Shown here: piece by piece, positions 1-8,792 of the stretch | How positions within the stretch are numbered: position 1 is the first letter of the stretch | Layout: each line of letters starts with the position of its first letter | Source of the DNA: an uncultured Synergistaceae bacterium | Lineage (GTDB): Bacteria; Synergistota; Synergistia; Synergistales; Dethiosulfovibrionaceae | Direction of reading: 5' to 3' | DNA length: 64,000 nucleotides | Assembly (NCBI GenBank): GCA_964520485.1 | Contig: CAZFNC010000001.1 | Coordinates: 495-64,494, forward strand | The notes under the pieces: model-generated | Database searches by the model: none | What the model saw: only the letters and a program-made list of their open reading frames with translations | What the model was told of the DNA's origin: nothing | Translations under genes and position numbers: made by a program

Positions 1-2
1 CC

Positions 3-674
3 CTCTGCGACACGTTCTTCGCGCCCACGGCTGGAGCGCGCGACAACCTGCTCAAAAGCGGCGCCGCGCCCGAGCGCATTTTCGTGACGGGGCAGACGGC
101 GGTGGACGCTATCCTGTTCGCGTCGAAGCAGGGTACGCTGCCCGACTGTGTGCCGCCCGAAGGGAAAGTCGTGACGGTGACGCTGCACCGGCGCGAGAAC
201 TGGCCCGTGCTGGCGGATCTTGCGCGGTATCTGGCGGAAGTGGCCGGCGAGTCGCCGGAGTGGACGTTTATCTTTCCGATGCACCTCAACCCCGTCGTGC
301 GCGAGGCGGTGAAGCCGCCGCTTTCACGTTGCGCGAACGTCAGGCTGATCGAGCCGCTCGAGTATGGACAGATGGCCGCGCTGCTGGCGCGCAGCGCGCT
401 GATTTTGACGGATTCGGGCGGCCTGCAGGAGGAGGGAGCGTCGCTGGGCGTGCCCGTGGCGGTGGTGCGCAACGTGACGGAGCGTCCCGAGGGCGTGGAA
501 GCCGGCATCGTCACGCTGCTCGGCGCGGAGCCGCGCAAGGCAATGAGCGCTTTTGCCGAGCTGATGAACGACGATTCACGACTGCGCCGCATGGCGCGCT
601 CGAAAAATCCCTACGGCGACGGGTACGCCGCCTATCGGATCGCCACGGCGCTGGAGGAACGGCTGCTGGCATGA
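3..674 (+). CDS. wecB: UDP-N-acetylglucosamine 2-epimerase (non-hydrolysing), 5'-truncated by window edge
   Basis: Frame open from base 3 (LCDTFFAPT...IFVTGQT); motifs TLHRREN, TDSGGLQEE, RPE and NPYGDG. Confidence 0.92.
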   Translation, partial: LCDTFFAPTAGARDNLLKSGAAPERIFVTGQTAVDAILFASKQGTLPDCVPPEGKVVTVTLHRRENWPVLADLARYLAEVAGESPEWTFIFPMHLNPVVREAVKPPLSRCANVRLIEPLEYGQMAALLARSALILTDSGGLQEEGASLGVPVAVVRNVTERPEGVEAGIVTLLGAEPRKAMSAFAELMNDDSRLRRMARSKNPYGDGYAAYRIATALEERLLA

Positions 675-771
675 TTTTACAGGAACCTCACGGAGCTTCA
701 TCTGCCGCGTGTCCGTGCGGCGGCGCGTCGGCGTTTTCTCGCGGAAAGCTTTCCGTCATGAAAAGTCGCAT

Positions 772-815
772 AAAAGGACTCCCGAAGTCTCCGGAGAAAC
801 TTCGGGAGTCCTTTT
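772..815. terminator. Bidirectional intrinsic terminator-like hairpin between convergent genes
   Basis: AAAAGGACTCCCGAAGT (772-788) pairs with ACTTCGGGAGTCCTTTT (799-815); A/T tracts on both sides. Confidence 0.75.
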
Positions 816-830
816 TCCGCAGCGGGGAAA

Positions 831-1040
831 TCAGTCGGCCGCGCCGGACGTCTTGAGAACGTCGTTGAGGGTGTTCACGAGCTCGTCGGGATCGATGCCG
901 TGGGCCATCGCGCCGTCGGCGAGGCTCTCTCCCTGGGCGATCGCGCAGTGCACGCAGCCCATGCCGGACATCATCATCGTCATGACGACCTGGGGGTATT
1001 TCTCGACGACGTCGGCGATCAGCATGTCTTTGGTAATCAT
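831..1040 (-). CDS. DUF1858 family small protein (hybrid-cluster-associated redox disulfide domain)
   Basis: 69 aa: ITKDMLIADVVEKYP...GMGCVHC...ESLADGAMAHGIDPDELV; CxxC pattern typical of the family. Confidence 0.8.
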   Translation of the reverse strand: MITKDMLIADVVEKYPQVVMTMMMSGMGCVHCAIAQGESLADGAMAHGIDPDELVNTLNDVLKTSGAAD

Positions 1041-1164
1041 GGTACATCACTCCAGTCTTGAAAGATGGTCCGAGAAGTCCGAGGAATATGAGCCCATTAT
1101 ACAGGGAGCCCGCGAAATTGTACAGACGCCCGAGGAACGCTTTTTGTCGCTGCGCGGGGCGGAG

Positions 1165-2622
1165 CTACAGCAGGGGGCTGAAGAGTTTTGTGACGGATTC
1201 CAGCGCCATGGAAACCTTTCCGCGCTTTTGCCATTCCTCGGCGGTGAGCCTGTGCGAGTCGCAGATGTACAGCCCCTGGATGCGGTGCAGGGACCGGTTT
1301 TCGCGCACGCCGTAGAGGATCAGGTTGATCTCGAAGTTGAGTGAGAACGAGCGGATGTCGAAGTTGCTGGACCCCACGAAGCCGAGGTTGTCGTCCACGG
1401 TCATCGTCTTGGAGTGGAGCAGCCCCTTCCCGTACAGGTAGATGTCCACACCGCGGCGCAGAAACTCGCTGTAGTAAGCGCGAGAGGCGTAGCCGACGAT
1501 CTTCTGGTCGGATCTCTCGGGAATGACCAGCCGCACGCGCACGCCGCGCAGACGCGCCACCTCTACGGCCTGCAGCATCCCCACGTCGGGGATCAGGTAC
1601 GGCGTGGTAATCGTCACCTGACGCTGCGCGCCGATGATCGAGGCGATGATCAGGCGCTGGTAGTTCTCCGTGGGATAGGACGGGCCGCTGGGAACCGTCT
1701 GCATACAGGCTTCGCCGGGCGGCGGGGACGCGTCTGACCAGCGCTGCGCGTCGAGCATCTCGCCCGTTTCGACGTACCAGTCCTCGATGAAGACGCTTTC
1801 GAGCTGACGGACGACGGGGCCTTCAAGCCGCAGCGTCACGTCCTTCCAGACGAGGTCGTCGAATCTGCCGTAGCGGGGATCGGTGACGTTGTGAGAGCCG
1901 GTGAAGGCTCGCCTTCGATCGATGATCGCCAGCTTGCGGTGGTTGCGCAGGTCAAAACGCGCGGCCTTGACGCGGTAAAAGCGCACAGGCAGCGCCTCGG
2001 CGACGAGCACGCCGTCGCGCCGGACGACGTCCAGCTCCGACGAGCGGAGAAATTCGCGCGAGCCGACGGAATCGAGCAGCAGCCTGACGGTGACGCCCCT
2101 GCGGGCGGCCCGTCCGCAGGCTTCGAGCACTCTGCGTCCGTACGTGTCGTCGTTGAAGATGTAGTACAGCAGGTTGACTTCGCGTTGTGCGGAGTCGATC
2201 TCCCTCGCGAGCGTGTCGATGAATTCGTCGGCCGTGGTGATCGTCGTGATCAGGTTGCCGCCCGTCGCCCTGATGTAGCCGAGATTTTCCGCCAGACTGG
2301 CCGTGGCGGCCAGCGAAGGCGGCAGCTCGGGACGCGCGGCGTCCGCGCCGCCGGAATCGCGCAGGCGTTCGCGGACTTCATGGAAGTGCGACAGCGCGGC
2401 AGTATGACGCTTCATGCGCCTGGATGGCAGTACGTTCGTGCCGAGCAGCGAATAGGCGATGATGCCGGGCCACGGCCACAGCAGGATCGCCAGCAGCCAG
2501 GCGGCGGCCGTGGCGGGAGCGTGGCGGCGGGGAATGAACAGCAGCGACGACAGGCGGATCGTGAACGAAACGATGTCAAACCCCGCCCAGAAAACGAGGC
2601 TCAGGCCATGTCCCAAAGTCAT
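1165..2622 (-). CDS. cls: Cardiolipin synthase (phospholipase D family)
   Basis: Two HKD motifs (NHRKLAIID, LHSKTMTVDD); N-terminal TM segments; ATG at 2622 has an AAGGA SD. Confidence 0.92.
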   Translation of the reverse strand: MTLGHGLSLVFWAGFDIVSFTIRLSSLLFIPRRHAPATAAAWLLAILLWPWPGIIAYSLLGTNVLPSRRMKRHTAALSHFHEVRERLRDSGGADAARPELPPSLAATASLAENLGYIRATGGNLITTITTADEFIDTLAREIDSAQREVNLLYYIFNDDTYGRRVLEACGRAARRGVTVRLLLDSVGSREFLRSSELDVVRRDGVLVAEALPVRFYRVKAARFDLRNHRKLAIIDRRRAFTGSHNVTDPRYGRFDDLVWKDVTLRLEGPVVRQLESVFIEDWYVETGEMLDAQRWSDASPPPGEACMQTVPSGPSYPTENYQRLIIASIIGAQRQVTITTPYLIPDVGMLQAVEVARLRGVRVRLVIPERSDQKIVGYASRAYYSEFLRRGVDIYLYGKGLLHSKTMTVDDNLGFVGSSNFDIRSFSLNFEINLILYGVRENRSLHRIQGLYICDSHRLTAEEWQKRGKVSMALESVTKLFSPLL

Positions 2623-2756
2623 GCGATCAAATCCTTTTCGGGGAATGAATAAAACCCTGCGCGAGGGATATCTTAGCATAAAACGCGGCGCTTTGCCCGT
2701 TCATAAGGCAAAAGGGGCGCGATCAGGAAGCGAGAGGATGCCGGAGCAAGAAGATT

Positions 2757-4172
2757 TTACCGCGAGGGATCGGCGCCCGCCTCCTCCTTCGCCGCTTCGT
2801 CCGCCCGCAGCTGCTCGCGCATTCGGGAGAGGTATCGTCTTCCCATGGGGATGGCGAAAAAGACGCTGATCAGGTCGGACACCGGCTGGGCGATCAGGAT
2901 TCCCGTCAGGCCGATGAAACGCGGAAGGATGAAGACCAGCGGGATAAAGAAAAACCCGCGCCGCGCCCCGGAGAGGAACGACGCCTGCCTGTACTTGCCC
3001 GTGACTTGGAAGAGCATGTCGGTGATGACCGTTACGGGCAGCGCCACCAGCGTCAGACAGTGAGCCCTGAAAGCCGCCGTGCCGATTTCCGTCACGCGGG
3101 GATCGGCGCTCTGGAAGAGCGTGATGACGTCGGGCGCGAAGGTGATGAAGAACACCGCCAGCGCCGACAGAACGCACAGCCCCGTTTTGACGCAGAACTT
3201 GTAGGCTTCGATCACGCGGTCAAAGCGCCGCGCGCCGTAGTTATATCCGGCGACCGGCTGAAAGCCCTGACCGAAACCTATCAGGATCGAGCCGATGAAC
3301 AGCGTCACGCGCATGACGATGGCCATCGCCGCGAGCGCCGCGTCGCCGTAGACGGCGGCGTTGACGTTCAGGGCGACAGCGGCCGCCGAGGCGAGCCCCT
3401 GCCGCAGCAGCGTCGGCAGGCCCGTGCGCACGATCAGACCGTAAAAGGCCGGATCCGGCGAGGCCCTGCGAATGTGGATGCGGATGGCAGTCCGCCCGAA
3501 AAGGTAGTGCGAAATGAGAATGCAAAAGCTGACGCACTGGCTGAGAACCGTTGCGATCGCCGCCCCCGCGATGCCCATGCGGAAGACGAAGATGAACAGC
3601 GGATCGAGAGCGACGTTGAGCAGACCGCCCGTGACGATGCCGAGCATGGCGAAGAAAGCTTTTCCCTCGGCGCGCAGATTGGTGTTCATCACGAACGACG
3701 TCGTCATCACGGGAGCGCCCAGGAGGACCCATCTCGCGTATTCGCGCGCGTAGGGCAGAATCGTCTCCGTCGAACCGAGCGCGCGCATGAACGGGTCGAG
3801 GAAGGCAAGTCCGAACGCCGTGATCATGAGCCCGAAGAACAGGGCCGCGAAGAAGGATGAGGACGTCGCCCTGCTGGCTTCGTCGTTTTTCTGCGCGCCC
3901 AAACGCCGCGACGCGATGCTGGCGGCGCCCATGCCGAACATAAAACCGACGGCCTGGATGATGGCCATCAGCGAAAAGACCACGCCGACAGCGCCGGCGG
4001 CGCTTGTGCCGATACGGGCGACGAAAAACGTGTCGGCCATGTTGTAGAACGTCGTGATCAGCATGCTGCAGATCGTCGGCACGGCAAGGCGCGCGATCAG
4101 AGGCCGCAGAGGCGACTGTGTCATGCGAATGTACTGCCGCCGCGCCTCGTCCAAATTGTCATTCATGTTCAA
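2757..4172 (-). CDS. MATE family efflux transporter
   Basis: 471 aa hydrophobic; LAVPTI...YNMADTFFV, NVALDPLFIF, GFQPVAGYNYGA; start may be 4172 (TTG) or 4166 (ATG). Confidence 0.92.
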   Translation of the reverse strand: MNMNDNLDEARRQYIRMTQSPLRPLIARLAVPTICSMLITTFYNMADTFFVARIGTSAAGAVGVVFSLMAIIQAVGFMFGMGAASIASRRLGAQKNDEASRATSSSFFAALFFGLMITAFGLAFLDPFMRALGSTETILPYAREYARWVLLGAPVMTTSFVMNTNLRAEGKAFFAMLGIVTGGLLNVALDPLFIFVFRMGIAGAAIATVLSQCVSFCILISHYLFGRTAIRIHIRRASPDPAFYGLIVRTGLPTLLRQGLASAAAVALNVNAAVYGDAALAAMAIVMRVTLFIGSILIGFGQGFQPVAGYNYGARRFDRVIEAYKFCVKTGLCVLSALAVFFITFAPDVITLFQSADPRVTEIGTAAFRAHCLTLVALPVTVITDMLFQVTGKYRQASFLSGARRGFFFIPLVFILPRFIGLTGILIAQPVSDLISVFFAIPMGRRYLSRMREQLRADEAAKEEAGADPSR

Positions 4173-4308
4173 ATCATCTCCCTTTCGGCTGCTTATTTCG
4201 GTTATTATACCCCTATTCAGTTTTGCGAAATCGCGTCCTGTCGGTCGGACACAGCGCCTTTACGGGCCGCTCGCGTCCGCGCGGTCAGCGCGGCGCGCGG
4301 GGCGTCGC

Positions 4309-4677
4309 CTAAGACAGCGAGCCTTCGCAGAGCTCCACGATCTCGCCGTCCGGTCCGCTCACAAAGCAGTTGAACGCGTGGTCACCCATTGAGGCGATCC
4401 CGCTTTCCGGCACGACGAAGCCGTGTTCATTCAGTCGCCGCACGGCGCCGTGAATGGACGGCACGCTCAGGGCCAGATGGTTACGGCCCGGCGCGCGCTC
4501 GTCGCCGGGCTTGCAGATCAGCTCGACGCTGAAATCTGCAAAGCGGATAAAGACCAGACGGGCTCCCGACGGCATGAGATGCTCGCTTTCGCGCTTTCCT
4601 CCGAGCGCGCCCGCGTAAAAGGCGAGAGCGCGGTCCATATCCGCCACGCGGATGCCGACATGACTCAGAGCGTACAT
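4309..4677 (-). CDS. VOC (glyoxalase/bleomycin resistance) family protein
   Basis: LSHVGIRVADMDRALAFY, NHLALSV, GPDGEIVEL; GAGGAGG SD. Confidence 0.85.
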   Translation of the reverse strand: MYALSHVGIRVADMDRALAFYAGALGGKRESEHLMPSGARLVFIRFADFSVELICKPGDERAPGRNHLALSVPSIHGAVRRLNEHGFVVPESGIASMGDHAFNCFVSGPDGEIVELCEGSLS

Positions 4678-4969
4678 GTAAACGTTCCTCCTCGCATAAA
4701 ACAGTGACGGGCGCGAAAAAAATATTTTTTCAGCCCTTCACCTATCATAACAAAAATTTTCACATTTTGCAGTAACGATCTTTATCGATAGGATATTGAA
4801 CTGTGAATTTTGGCGTAAAAACGGAATTACAACGCGTTTTCACTTTCCTTCCGCCTCCGCGGAGCCCGCAACTTCGGCGATATTTGCGCTTTTAGGGGGC
4901 TTGTCATGTACGAATGCTATGATATACTCACATCACAGAGTTCCATATCCTTTACGGAGGTGTCAGTGA

Positions 4970-5308
4970 ATGACAAAGGCTGAATTGGTTGAACTGGTGA
5001 GGGAGAAGGCCGAGCTTCGCAAGGTTGACGCCGCCAAGGCCGTTGCCGCCATGCTGGAAGGCGTGAAGGAAACGCTGGTCAAGGGCGAGAAAGTCCAGAT
5101 CGTCGGTTTCGGCACGTTTGAACCCCGCAAGCGCAGCGCCCGCGTCGGCCGCAATCCCCAAGACAAAACCAAGGTCGTGCATATCCCCGAGAAGATCGTG
5201 CCCGTGTTCAAGGCCGGCAAACTTCTTCGCGAGGCCGTCGACGTGACCGCCAAGCCCAAGGCCGCCGCAAAGCCCGTGAAGACCGCCAGAAAGAAGAAGC
5301 AGGCTTAG
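4970..5308 (+). CDS. hup: HU family DNA-binding protein with Lys/Ala-rich C-terminal tail
   Basis: MTKAELV, VQIVGFGTF, ARVGRNP, PVFKAGK; GGAGGTG SD. Confidence 0.95.
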   Translation: MTKAELVELVREKAELRKVDAAKAVAAMLEGVKETLVKGEKVQIVGFGTFEPRKRSARVGRNPQDKTKVVHIPEKIVPVFKAGKLLREAVDVTAKPKAAAKPVKTARKKKQA

Positions 5309-5337
5309 TTCCTTAAAGTCCTGCCAGACGAACCGTG

Positions 5338-5375
5338 AACGGCGTTTCCGACTCGTTTCGGAAACGCCGTTTTTG
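5338..5375 (+). terminator. Intrinsic terminator after hup
   Basis: 14-bp stem AACGGCGTTTCCGA / TCGGAAACGCCGTT followed by T-tract. Confidence 0.85.
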
Positions 5376-5472
5376 TCAGTTGAAAAGCGGCGGCGAAACT
5401 TCACAGCGCCGGACGGATGGGGTATAATTTTTGCGCCGCGGCCTGCGGCCGCTTGAGGAGGGAACAAGACCG

Positions 5473-7539
5473 ATGTGGAAGCGAGGCGTGCTGTTCACGG
5501 GCGGGCCCGAAGACGAAGAGGGACGTTTCCCGTGCAGGCTGATGGACGGCTTGGGGCGTCGCGGTTTTCTCACAGTGCTTGACGAACCGGAGACGGCGGG
5601 CCTCGATCCGAACGAGAAGGTTGACGTCGTGCTGGTCTCGCCCGGGTGTGCGGAAACAGCGGCGGCCTTGAGGCTGTGCCTTGAGAGGGGAGCGGCGTGT
5701 CTCGTCCTGGGCGCGCGTCGCCTTGACGCCGAATCGGAGACTCTGCTCGCGGAGTATCGCGCTCGCGGCGGTTCCGTTCTCGGCCCCGGCTCGCAGGGCT
5801 TCTTCGACTGGGAGAAAAAGCTGGCTCTGTGCTGGTCGCAGGCTGTGAGGATTCCCGACAGCCCGCCCGAGGAACGTCACGTGACGCTCATCGCTCAGGG
5901 CGGCGCCGTCCCGTTCGCGCTCTACGCGATGGCCGTCGAGTCGGGGGTCCGCTTTCGGCGCGTCGTCTCGCTGGGAGTGGGCGCCGACGGCGACGCCCAA
6001 CTGTTCAATCAGATGCGGACGGCCATCGGCGACGACAGGACGACGCTGCTGATCCTCGCCATCGAGTCACTTTCCGACGGGCGCGGATTCCTGCGTTTGG
6101 CGGCACAGGCCGCCGCGCGCAGGTTGCCGGTCGTGCTGCTTCGCGGCGGCAGGGAGCGGCGTTTCGTCCCCCGACTGCTCCGTCGGAGGCCCGACGCCGC
6201 GTGGACCGACGGCATCATGTGGGATTCTGTCGCGGGACAGTACGGCGTCGTCCTGCTTGACGACGCGCAGCAGATCGTCGACCTGGGCAAGTTTTCCGGC
6301 CCCTGCCCCTCGCCTCTCGGCGGCCGCGTCGCCGTTCTGGCAGCTTCGGAAGGGCTGGCCGTGATGCAGGGCGAGCAGTGTGCCGCGGCCGGACTGGACG
6401 TCATACGCTTCTCCCGCGAGCTGCGGGAAAAACTTACCGCGCGCCTGGACGCCGGCGGAACGGCTGACAATCCCGTCGATCTCACGGAAAAGGCGCTGTC
6501 AGCGGAAGGCGTCCTTAAGGGGATTCTGTCCGACGTCCAGTCATCGGGGGAATGCGATATGATTCTCGTGACGACGGGCGCTCTGACCAGGCGGCAGGGC
6601 GATCTGCTGGCCGGCGCGCTTGCCGACGCCCGCCGCGCGGCGAACATTCCTCTTGCCTGCTGCTGCCTCAGCCGCTGGCATCCTTTGGAAGGCATGGTAC
6701 GCCGCATGAACGCGGAAGGGGTGCCCCTGTTCAGCAGCCCGCGTCGCGTGGCGGAAGCCCTAGCTGGCCTTTGGCGGATCGGGCGGACCGTTTCCGTCGC
6801 CGCAGCCGCCCCTCGGCCTTCGATCGAACCCTTCCTTGACAGATGTCCGCGCTCCCTGAGCGAACGCGACGCGATGGCTCTCGCCGAGGCTTACGGCCTT
6901 TCCACCGTGCCGCACCGCTTCTGTACGTCGGTCTCCGATGTGATGCGCGCCGCGCGGGAACTGGGCTTTCCCCTTGCGCTCAAGGTCGTTTCGCCGTCGT
7001 TCGCCAGTAAGCAGCAGGCGCGCGCCGTCGCCCTGAACCTGAGGACCGAGGAGGAATTGCGCAACGCCTACGGGCGCATACTCGAGCGGGTCAGCCGCTT
7101 CCACGCCGACGCGGAAGTCCAGGGAGTCTTCGCGCAGAAGATGGTGACCGACGGCGTGGAATGTATGATCGGCATCAAGCGCGATCCCCTCTTCGGGCCG
7201 GTGGTCGCCGTGGCGCTGGGGGGCGCGTATTACGGGCTTGTGAAGGATATTTCCCTGCGCGTCGCGCCCGTGGATCTCGAGACGGCCCGCGGCATGATCC
7301 TGTCCCTGAAAGGCTACCCTCTCGTATCGGGAGAGTGGTTCGGGCGGAAGAACGACGTCGAGGCGCTGGCGAGTCAGATCGTCGTCCTGTCCAAGATGGC
7401 CTGCGCCGAACCCGACATCGAAGAGCTTGACATCAATCCGATCTTTATCCGGCCGCTGGGACTCGGCGCGGAAATCGCGGACGCGTTTGCCGTGCGTCGC
7501 GCCCCCGGGAACGGCGCGGCCGGCGGCTTAAAGGAGTGA
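5473..7539 (+). CDS. Degenerate acetate--CoA ligase (ADP-forming) family protein, fused alpha+beta with C-terminal ATP-grasp
   Basis: Remnant motifs LGPGSQG, LIAQGGA, VSLG, NPVDL, LGFPLALKVVSP, IGIKRDPLFGPVV, ELDINP; SHTG and HKSD motifs missing; TATAAT at 5424 and GAGGAG SD. Confidence 0.8.
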   Translation: MWKRGVLFTGGPEDEEGRFPCRLMDGLGRRGFLTVLDEPETAGLDPNEKVDVVLVSPGCAETAAALRLCLERGAACLVLGARRLDAESETLLAEYRARGGSVLGPGSQGFFDWEKKLALCWSQAVRIPDSPPEERHVTLIAQGGAVPFALYAMAVESGVRFRRVVSLGVGADGDAQLFNQMRTAIGDDRTTLLILAIESLSDGRGFLRLAAQAAARRLPVVLLRGGRERRFVPRLLRRRPDAAWTDGIMWDSVAGQYGVVLLDDAQQIVDLGKFSGPCPSPLGGRVAVLAASEGLAVMQGEQCAAAGLDVIRFSRELREKLTARLDAGGTADNPVDLTEKALSAEGVLKGILSDVQSSGECDMILVTTGALTRRQGDLLAGALADARRAANIPLACCCLSRWHPLEGMVRRMNAEGVPLFSSPRRVAEALAGLWRIGRTVSVAAAAPRPSIEPFLDRCPRSLSERDAMALAEAYGLSTVPHRFCTSVSDVMRAARELGFPLALKVVSPSFASKQQARAVALNLRTEEELRNAYGRILERVSRFHADAEVQGVFAQKMVTDGVECMIGIKRDPLFGPVVAVALGGAYYGLVKDISLRVAPVDLETARGMILSLKGYPLVSGEWFGRKNDVEALASQIVVLSKMACAEPDIEELDINPIFIRPLGLGAEIADAFAVRRAPGNGAAGGLKE

Positions 7540-7543
7540 AAGC

Positions 7544-8170
7544 ATGAACCTGCACGCCGCGGCCATGGCCGCGCTCTGGCTTGTCATCGGCTATACGTTC
7601 GGTTCGCTGCCCACGGGATATGCCGTCGTCAGGTTGAAGACAGGGAAGGATATCCGCGCGCTTGGATCGGGAAACACGGGCGCGACGAACGTCGGCCGTG
7701 TGCTCGGCAAAGGCTGGGCCGTGTTCGTGACGGTCGTCGATATGCTCAAAGGCGGCGCCGCCGTCATGCTCTGCCGCGCTCTCGGCGGAGGCGATCCGGC
7801 CTTGGCAGCCGCGGCGCTTGGCGCCGTCCTCGGACATAACTTTCCCGTCTGGCTGGGTTTTCACGGCGGCAAGGGGGTGGCGACGACGTTCGGCACGCTG
7901 TTTTTCGTGCAGATGTGGTATTCCTGCGCGGCGGTCCTGCTGGCGGGAATCCTCTGGTTCCTCACGATGAAAGCCACCCGCTACGTGTCGCTGGCGTCGC
8001 TTGTCGCGCTTACGGCTATCGCGGGATGGTTCTGGTTCTTCGGCCTTCACGGCGCGTTCGTCGGCCTGGCGCTGTTCCTTGCGCTTCTCTCATTCTGGCG
8101 GCATCGCGGAAACGTCGATCGCCTCGTTCACGGCACCGAGAACAAAGTCGGCGGCGGAGACGGACATTAA
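7544..8170 (+). CDS. plsY: Glycerol-3-phosphate 1-O-acyltransferase PlsY
   Basis: GYTFGSLP, GSGNTGATNVGR, DMLKG, LGHNFPVW, HGGKGVAT, HRGNVDRLVHGTE. Confidence 0.95.
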   Translation: MNLHAAAMAALWLVIGYTFGSLPTGYAVVRLKTGKDIRALGSGNTGATNVGRVLGKGWAVFVTVVDMLKGGAAVMLCRALGGGDPALAAAALGAVLGHNFPVWLGFHGGKGVATTFGTLFFVQMWYSCAAVLLAGILWFLTMKATRYVSLASLVALTAIAGWFWFFGLHGAFVGLALFLALLSFWRHRGNVDRLVHGTENKVGGGDGH

Positions 8171-8172
8171 AT

Positions 8173-8202
8173 CTTGACTATTCTTGACCAATAGAGTACA
8201 AT
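8173..8202 (+). promoter_or_regulatory. Sigma70-type promoter overlapped by a CtsR operator
   Basis: TTGACT(8174-8179)-N17-TACAAT(8197-8202); reverse strand of 8173-8189 reads GGTCAAG-AAT-AGTCAAG, near the CtsR heptad repeat RGTCAAA-NAN-RGTCAAA. Confidence 0.8.
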
Positions 8203-8237
8203 CATTCCGGTTGACAAATCGGAACGGAGGTACTTTT

Positions 8238-8735
8238 ATGAGCAGTCTGACCGAAGTCATTGAAAGCTATATCAACGAACTGTTCCGGCAGGAGGAGCAT
8301 GACGGCGCGACGGACGCGGACAGGGTTTCGCTCCGCCGCAAGGACGTGGCCGAGCGCTTCGGCTGCGTGCCGAGCCAGATCAACTATGTGCTGCGCAGCC
8401 GTTTCACGCCGGAGCGCGGTTTTATCGTGGAGAGCCAGCGCGGCGGCAACGGCTATATCCGAATCCTGAAGATCAGCTGCGAGATGCCCGAGGATCGCGC
8501 GCGGCACATAGACCTCATCGTCGGCGACGCCATAACCGACGCCGACACGAAACGCCTTTTGGGATCGCTGCAGGTCCGCGGCATGATCAACGCGCGCGAG
8601 AGACTTCTGGTCGAGATCGCTCTGCGGCACATCGACGAGCTCTGCGAAACCACTTTCGACGTTTCTCCGTACAAAAAGAGCGTCATGCAGGCCGAACTTC
8701 TCAAGCGGATGCTCTGCGGACTCGACCTGGCCTGA
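8238..8735 (+). CDS. ctsR: CtsR family heat-shock transcriptional repressor
   Basis: SLTEVIESYI, RKDVAERFGCVPSQINYVLRSRF, VESQRGGNGYIRI; GGAGG SD; upstream of clpC. Confidence 0.88.
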   Translation: MSSLTEVIESYINELFRQEEHDGATDADRVSLRRKDVAERFGCVPSQINYVLRSRFTPERGFIVESQRGGNGYIRILKISCEMPEDRARHIDLIVGDAITDADTKRLLGSLQVRGMINARERLLVEIALRHIDELCETTFDVSPYKKSVMQAELLKRMLCGLDLA

Positions 8736-8792
8736 TGAAACGGGAATTTAAACGCGCGGGAAGTCGCCCGCGCCGCAAAGGAGGCAAGCGCC

